Below, piece after piece: positions 55,960 through 64,000 of a stretch of 64,000 bases of DNA. Within the stretch, counting starts at the first letter, position 1. Each line of letters opens with the position of its first letter. The stretch covers positions 12,154,001 through 12,218,000 of the forward strand of contig NC_087252.1 of assembly GCF_037042905.1 (NCBI RefSeq). The letters are read 5' to 3'. The stretch is from Lytechinus pictus (taxonomy: Eukaryota). A program made the position numbers and the translations under genes. Below the pieces are notes generated by a model. It did no database searches. It was not told the origin of the DNA and saw nothing but the letters and a program-made list of their open reading frames with translations.

Positions 55960-56217
55960 TATTTTGTTGTGTATAATTTTGTTAATATTTTTTTATGATC
56001 ATTCTTATGTTTTATTCTTGGTTTCCCTTTTTTTCAAGCCTTTGAGGCTTTTTGGGATACTTTTTTCTTTCATTATTTTTTTATCTCATCTTAATGTTTC
56101 ATGATTTTATTTCTGTATTTATGTTCAAAATGATGTATGATATTTGTATGTTTTTACATGTATATATTTTTAAAGAAAGAAATGAGAGTATTTTCACTCT
56201 CCCTCAATAAAAAAAAA
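55960..56217 (+). mobile_element. Probable retroposon 3' fragment
   Basis: T-rich insert ending AATAAAAAAAAAA; absent from paralogous positions (~5350, ~26585). Confidence 0.4.
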
Positions 56218-56979
56218 GTACTTACCGTTTTCTTATTACCATTGACACGTCCTCACGCAATCGTTTCATAGTACGTGAGTCATTCTTATCAACCCTGCCC
56301 ATCCACAACATCAGACAGATCAAAAGGTATTTAACAGAATTTATTTCATTATCTTTTTTGCTTTTATTTCTTGGTTATATAAATCCAGTAAAATATAAGA
56401 GAAAATAGCGTGATATCACATCACACAGACATATTCACAGACATACATAGACCACTGTTGAAAAAAAGATGCAACAACTGTATTGTTAACACTATGATAT
56501 ATGTAGTTTAACTCGTCTCTATAGTGCATAGAGGGTTAATTATTCATGAAAGTATTAATCCTCACTCACAATTTGTGACTGGAGTACTTGGGGTACTCAG
56601 TAAACAGTATAAAGTCATGTGTTTGGTTGGGAAAAAAATCAAGATTATAACAGCATGATCAGTTTCTGTTCGAATATAAAATAATTAATTTTAAAAACAT
56701 TTCTAAGAAATTACATGCGTTTTGCCCCCCCCCCCCACCCCCCCCCCCCTCCCCCCGAATAAATATGGGCACGGCCATGATAAACCTTGCTTCAATCATC
56801 GACATTAGCCATTGTCGATTGGAATTGTGGAAACTCATTTGAATTTCGTTGTCTTTTTTTAATAACTGAATAATCTGCCGATTTTTGGTTTTCATTACAG
56901 CCATCGTCCTTATCTAAGCCTAAAATTATATTTTCAAAACCTTTGTGTTGTTCACGGACCACAAAGTGGATGAAGTAGG

Positions 56980-59900
56980 TTAAACTGCCTGACAGAGAAG
57001 ACGTTTGCCGTGGTCAAACCTATTTGGTGTTAATATCAGAGTGCTTTCAGCATCATATCGATCAGCGCTGTTGACCGAGATCTTAAGTGATGAGCTATTT
57101 GTAATATTTCTTGATCCGATATACCAGTGGATGAGAGGAGCCGGGTAGCCGTTACGAGCTCTACAGGTTACGTTAGTCTCTCTGCCTTCGAGCATATCAC
57201 CTTGGGCAGTCACTGCGACTTCGTCTGGTAGCCCTTCATAGAAACATAAAGCCATTATTTATAGTTAAGCTTTCAGGTAAAGAAGTAATTTTGTTTTCTC
57301 TCTCTCTCTGTAACAGATCTTGGACAGTAAATTGGGGAATCGAACAGAATAACGATTAATCATCAATATCAACAATGATCAATTTGTTTCTTGAAAGGAA
57401 TTTGAGTAAATATCTTGCATTTCTTTTTCAGATTTCAAAAATTATTCTTTTATCAGTCCTACCGTTCACAATATTGACTCCCGGTTAAAAAATCACTGAG
57501 GGAAACAACTCACCGTTAACAATTAGTCTAACTCCCAGTATCTTAAAAAAATAAGCGTCGTCCATATTCGAGGAACATACAATGTGCATTCCATGGTTCG
57601 TGGCATCTGGCCTAATGGTTATGGTACTTTCAGTGTCAAACAAAGTGTCGTCTAAAACACTCATATTACTTGATACATTTGCATGGATCGGAGTCCTGCC
57701 AAAGTCACCAACTAGCAAAATGATAGTTCAGTTGCTGGGAATGACCCGATGCTTTTACAAGTGATTGAAGTCGGTGAATCCTCTTGAACGTATAGGACTG
57801 TTGATTGAGACTGGTTACCTCCAGTCGGAAAGAGCAGCACACTGGAAGGAAGAACTGTAGGAATGGCAAACAAGAGAAGAATCGTAAGAGAAAGTAGTAG
57901 AACCAAGAAGGAAGCATTGTATGATATGCGGACAGGCCCTTTGTGAAAAGCAGTTTTGTTACTTGATGATACCGCGTGTAAATAAACAAGAGATGATCTC
58001 AATATAAAAAAGTAAGAAATAAAGAAAATCGTGTTCACTGCGGAATGATGCTTGGAAACACTGATTCGTCATTATGTAGATATGTATGTAAATAGATTAA
58101 AATGGAGCTTAAATCGACGTATGGTGTTAGCATATTTTGTCCAATGTTAAAGCTATTGTGGATGAATTGAGTGTTGCAAACGTTTGCTAGGACTGAAAAT
58201 CTAGGATTGATATCAATACGTGTACACGTAATGATTGCCTGAATGATACATACCATGAACATTCAGAAGAACTGAGGATCTAATACTCCTTTGTATTTCC
58301 AGGTGTGATGCGATGCAGCTGAGACTCTTTTCGTGGTCAACTCTGGTGGGTGTGATTGTCAAAGTTTTACGGGAGATGTAAGATCCGTCTTGAATGACAT
58401 CAGATTGATCCTGATAAACAACGGTCACGTCCTCTGGTACTAGCCATTGCAGTACTGCGGGAGGCCTTGCCCTGTTTGCTCCACATGTGATGCTAAACGA
58501 CTCTCCAGCAGTTATACTTATATTGGCGTTGTTCAAGTATTGCCGGCCCGAGTGGGTGTCAGACATGAAAACCAGTGAGGGTGGAACTGGAGAAAAACAC
58601 AGTACATTAAAAATAAACACTCTCATCCCAAATAGTTCCTTACCATTTCATTTTTTAAAATAATTAATCACTGAATGATTTTCTTGTTGGCGAGTATGAA
58701 CTCATGCCAAATTGTCAATGGGCTAAATAAACAAATAAATAACAAAAATAAAACAGTCATAATATAATTTATATAATGTATAACCTTGCCACATACATGT
58801 ATGCCCCGTGAATGACAAACAATTATTTGTATCTATATTTATTTACTTCTTACAAATAACACGTCGGAAAGAGCCCGTTATATAGAATGAAACAGAAAGC
58901 AGGAGGGGACGGGGGTTATCTACAGCTAAACATATCTACAATCAAATCACCTTTCACATGTTTGGTTAACAAATAGTATCGTCAATATAATCTTTGCAGT
59001 TTGTTCATGGGCCTTTTCACACGTTAATCTTGAATTCCTCTTTAGAATCACCGGAACTTTCACATGTAAGATTCGTACCGTAAATTTTACTGGAATTTCC
59101 TTCCGGAGTATAATTTGACTTCGTGATTGTGATTAGCGTTCGTGATTCTAGTTTGGCTTCACACGTTCTAAAAAAAATCGTCATTACCCTTATTTTTCAC
59201 TGGAATCCTTATTGTTTTTTGTACTGTTTTTAAACTGCGAATAGTCACGAGCTCTAGGTAAAATGGGTTAGGGTTTTCACTACGATGTCTTTTCAGTGGG
59301 TAAGAATGATGGCACAATATTGGATGAGTAGGCCTACGCATTCGTACATATTTAATTTTATGTCATCGTGCTCATTGTGGTTAATCCAAATACTTCGTAG
59401 AGAGGGTTTTTTATTATCTTTCTGTAAGAAAACGGTCATGATTTAGACATTGCTAAGATTAAAATGATGTTATGCGTCTCAAAATAGCGTGCTTGTTTAA
59501 AAAAATATCTTATCTAGGTGGATTGAAATGTTACCTATGCTGTCAAACCTCCCATTTGTTCTTACTTTGACTTAGTACTTCCAGTATTTCAGTCGCTGAA
59601 CGTTCTCCATGTTGGTAAAATACATCGCATGTGTATATCCCATTGTCACCAGTGTTTAAATTGATTATTGTAAGAGATGTGCTGCGATCATTTCCCATTA
59701 ACTTGTACTTTGAAGGATTAGAAATATTAGATGTACATTCACTTGCAGTTGTGCACCACTCAGACGCAATTCGTGTTTCTTCGTGTTTCCACTTGACAGT
59801 GCGAACATTCGAAGGAGGGAAATAGGTGCACTCCATCGTAAAATCTTCTCCTTTGACGGGTAGGAACTGCCTCGGTTGAAAATATATCGTGGCTGTAGAC

Positions 59901-60515
59901 ATGGTAGCGGGGGAGCCTGCAAATGAATTGTGTAGAAATATTGTTAATTATTAGTGAAGTATTGCTTCTTCATAGTACTATACAGGGTGGGCATCTATTT
60001 TAGACTCTCAACGGGGGGAAAAAGGGCATCCTTCAAGATTTGCGTTAATTTCTTACTCAAACATGTCAAGAGGGTTCAAAATTGCACTTGTTCAAATTTT
60101 GATGCAGGTTGTACCATTTTGCGAAGGATAACACCCTTCGTGCACCTTAAATGCGTAACACAGTCCATGGTCTTTAGATGGATATATGCCCAGAAAGCGC
60201 ATTCCGAGACAGACGTGAAAAAAGCAATTAAGTGGAAAAAAAAAATATTTTTCAGATCCTGCTGAAGGCAAGCATGAATGGGAAAACATGTTTTTTGTCG
60301 GCAGTCTGCTTTGGCCTTAAACTCACTTAAAATAATCATATAGTGACGGAAGAAGTCATACTTTCTATATTCTTAGTCTTATTAACAGCGTACCTTTACA
60401 AAAGAGAAGGAAAAAACGGCTACAAGCCAATATGTATAGATTCAAATTTAATCAAATTCGACATACCTTTGCCAAAAACAAGAAGAGCAAACAGGCACCA
60501 AATATGGTACGCCAT
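56980..60515 (-). pseudogene. IgSF cassette B6: L-V-C1 intact, C2 frameshifted, C3 with premature stop
   Basis: Leader 60515-60467; V 59916-59566; C1 58586-58254. C2 57854-57514 is 341 nt versus 342 in paralogues (1-bp loss near 57715). C3 starts at 57233 and has TAA at 56982-56980. Confidence 0.8.
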
Positions 60516-61149
60516 TTGTGATCAGAGTGATAATATCCAATCGAATAATCCTGGTAACAAAGAAACATTCAGTCTCAAAATGTAAGATAGTTGCAGTAGG
60601 TGAGACAAATTGTTTTTTAAGACATTTCCGATGTGTCTCGAACACATTGATGTAATAATGGTGACGGTGAGATTTATTCGCTTACTTTCGCTAGCCTATG
60701 CCGTTAAGCACATTTCAAAAGTACATGTACGACATAATGTCTTAGGTTGTCAGCGGTCGAAAATGAAAGTTCGATATTTCATATATCAAATATATAGCTG
60801 CATTTGTTCGGACGACAGAGTGTGCTCTTTCCCATAGCCGGTTTGGTTTTGAGGTTGCTTAACCGAGCATACAATGGATTGGGAAGGCGTCCAGAGAACT
60901 GTCACGACACATACGCTTCGGGATGACCTTAGGCGATCACATCATCGCACCGCAATCTTAGAGGTCTATGCCTTACAAGCCCTGTTGATCTTCAACTGGC
61001 GCAAACCATAAAACCAACCCTTGTTTGAACGTTTGACACATGCGATTCTTATGAGATTAATGTAATAAATTCTAAATAGGTTTTCATTCATTTTATTTCG
61101 ATTTTTCTATCGAAACATTTTTTTTGTATTTTGGTGACCCCTGAAAGTT

Positions 61150-62030
61150 TGTTCAGGGGAAGTCACATCTCCCCTTATGTTAGCTAAGCGCAGCTGCTTA
61201 CCAGTCATTTTGTCTAATATAAAACATTATTTTTTTGTTCCTACCGAATTAATTAATTTCTACAACTTGCTGGCTATGATGGCTTCCAGCACCAGCAGAG
61301 AAAAAAGAAAAGAACTCGGGAACATTATGATAAGATCTGGATATACGATATAGATTATAAACCAATCAGTTATTACTGTAGACAACATGAAATTCCTTTT
61401 TGCCGTCTATGCGCTACAGCAAATCACTAAAAAACATGAGAGATAAAGAATATCCAGAATTTAACCTCCGACTGAAAGAACAATTTGGGTAAGAAACAGC
61501 ACAAGATCGAAGAAGCAGAAGCACATTCTATAAACCGTTGAATGTACGATCGCGACCGAGGTCTCGATAAGTAAGCATCTCCAGGCAGACAATGATGACT
61601 TTGAGGTTGCTTCCAAGGAGGAGTTAATTTTCCACGGGAGAATAGAATGATCAACGTGATCAAAGTTGATGCTGAGCCGGATATCTCTACTACAAGAGGT
61701 AAAAGGAAAGAACGTGTCGACGCATGGAAGGTTGAAACAGCAAAGCGAGAAAAATCAACGGAAACCGAGAAAAATTCTTCTTTCAGATGTGATGGCAATT
61801 ATCGAAATTATTTCAAAAAGGATTACGGATCTTACTAGCCGAACTATTCATGAAATTGATACAATGAAGAATATTCAATCGACTATCATACAAATAACAA
61901 AACGAGAGAAAACATCGGTGATTCGAACTCTTCAGGTACTAACATTTTCTGACGAAACATCTTTGAACGTGCATCAAGACGCTGGCCACATTCTTTGTGA
62001 AATTAAGGGAGTGAAGTTTATAGAGGGGGA
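61150..62030 (+). pseudogene. Decayed B-box/coiled-coil (TRIM-like) gene copy, 3'-truncated
   Basis: SYYCRQHEIPFCRLCATANH (~61368-61427) resembles a B-box; it is followed by coiled-coil-like ORF fragments 61647-62040. Confidence 0.55.
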
Positions 62031-62112
62031 CTTATATTAATTAAATAAATTAATAGCTGATTCGACCTACCGACATTATTTCTGCATGTCCAGCTCTCAT
62101 GCACCTAGGTTC

Positions 62113-64000
62113 TCAGGCAGCGAGGATAGTCGAAGATGTCGTCCGGTGTTGATTGACGATGAACCAAGAAGGTGAATCGGGTCTAACTGCAGTTTAAAGT
62201 TAATTAATTATAAAATAATTGATTGTTAGCTAAATAGTATATTATCTAAGTAACTTATAGACACAACAGGTGGGTGATATTCATCTCATTAACGAAGTTC
62301 AATTACGAATTAATTCAAAAGAAGATAACTCAGCTGGCCCAGAAGCATTTCTGTTGTGCATAAATAAGCTATAGATATTAACAAAATCTACCAATTCACC
62401 GAAAATAGACTAGTACACAAAAGTTGCAAACAGATCCTAAAATTTTGCATCACTCTATGAGGTTCCTTGCTTCAGAAATATGATTGGAAAACATCGAAAA
62501 TCATATTGATATGATACTGAATAAATAGGCACCTGTTATGTTTAAAACCATGCTATCATTCACACACCAGGTGGTGGATAATGTAGGTAGAACTGCAAGG
62601 CATAGGAGATGTTTCCCATGGTCCAACCTCTTTGGTATGAAAGTCAATGTGCTTTCAACATCATATCGACCTGTATCATTTTCACTAATATTCAGGGATG
62701 AATGACCAGTCATATTTCTTGATTCTATGTACCAGTAAATGCGAGGAGCTGGGTACACATTAGTAGCCTTGCAGATCACGGTGACTTTAATCCCTTCTTT
62801 TAATTCAGCAGGGAAAGACAAAACGACCTCATCCGGTGGTGCTGTAGCATGTTATGGAAAATGAAAAAGCGACACGTTCTATTAAAGCATCAAATCATTA
62901 GCGAACATGGGTGATCTGCTTGATGAAGTTTTATTTTTACAGAAAAATAAACATGTCGGCCTAATCAATTACCATAGCTTGCTTTACCAAACGCCCATTA
63001 TAGAAGATCATAAATATACCAACCACAACGAGAAGACATCCAATTGTTATATCACACCTCCCTGGTTATATAGCTTAGCAGCTTTTTAGTCACTAACTGC
63101 CCCAGACATTATTTTTCTTTCTTTGTCACATCATGAGCACTAACGAAGAGTGTGACCTTTTCTTTCATTTTGAGAGCTACGCTCCTTTTAAAATCTAAGG
63201 CTCTATTTCTACGCCATATGCATTATTCATTATATATTTTTAGAGTATGTTACATTGAATAAAAGTATGCATATTTGTGGATGTCGATAAAGCATGAACG
63301 GAATTACATGTATGAATGAACAAATTCCTAGAATTGTATAATAAAAAGGTATTTCTTTCATAAAACAAGTGTAATTGGTTACCAGTTAACTAGTGAGATC
63401 GACGGTGTATGTAAACAAAATGAATAATGAACGAAATGTTTTATTCTTTTTGCATTTTCTGTCATGTTTGTTACGGTTGTGTGCTGAGGAATTTGTTTAG
63501 CTTTCTTTATTAGTTTGTTTCTTGATTGCGTTTCACGTACTTCAATAATCTGCATGTTTAATTTTTTTTTTCGAAATATAGCCGTGATAAAATATCGTAC
63601 TGTTCTTCTAGTTTAAAATTTCATTGTTGAAATTGGGTTGACCTGGCTTTGATCATTATATCTTAAACAATTACTGCACCTGGTAGTAATGGTGTTACGA
63701 GCATGCTCCTTGATACTGTAAAGTGGGCAAAGGCAGTTTGGCGAACAGAACATCTGTAATGGCCACCGTCATCACCAACCAGCTGTTTTATCGTAAGATT
63801 AGCACTGGAGTAGTCTGCCACCAAGCTGAATTTCCATTGGTCAAGAACAGTAAACCTACAAGATCGATCTTCCCTACAATCACATGTTGCGAGTGATTCA
63901 CCATCCTTTTGCCACGTGATCTCCCTATTTCTGGCTTGTAGTGTGAACGTGCAGACCAATGTAAAATCCTCGCCAATCACTGGAAGATACTTGTCTCTCT
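62113..64000 (-). CDS. IgSF cassette A4 (5' end off window): V-C3 plus FN3-like stub; C1 and C2 exons deleted
   Basis: V exon from beyond 64000 to 63680; C3 62841-62533 open; stub 62186-62071. The junction at ~63108 joins V-C1 intron sequence to C2-C3 intron sequence. Confidence 0.83.

Noticed and set aside
115..64000. One giant multi-Ig gene, or a Dscam-type array of mutually exclusive exons
   Set aside because: Each V exon is preceded by its own ATG leader exon and upstream block, and exons alternate L-V-C-C-C instead of forming same-type clusters.
1..64000. CRISPR arrays, rRNA or prokaryotic operons
   Set aside because: None seen; the spliceosomal introns, LINEs and SINEs indicate a eukaryotic genome.

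Overview
AT-rich eukaryotic genomic DNA, probably from an invertebrate deuterostome such as an echinoderm (inferred from repeat and protein families, not proven). The whole window is a head-to-tail tandem array, all on the minus strand, of 10 immunoglobulin-superfamily (IgSF) gene cassettes in two subfamilies: A (4 copies) and B/B' (6 copies). Each complete cassette has a shared upstream block with an IRF/ISRE-like motif, its own short signal-peptide exon (L), one V-type Ig exon and up to three C2-type Ig exons (named C1-C3 here by order). All of these exons are joined by phase-1 introns. No transmembrane exon is visible. A cassettes end in an FN3-like stub exon carrying the same TGA in all four copies, and B cassettes end in a C3 exon that runs into a stop. 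Order in transcription direction: A4-B6-B5'-A3-B4-[A deleted]-B3-B2'-A2-B1-A1. L, V and C1 exons are open in every copy where they are present; lesions fall in the distal exons. Four decayed B-box/coiled-coil (TRIM-like) copies lie on the plus strand between cassettes. Copy-specific LINE, SINE and non-autonomous DNA-transposon insertions have empty sites in paralogous copies.
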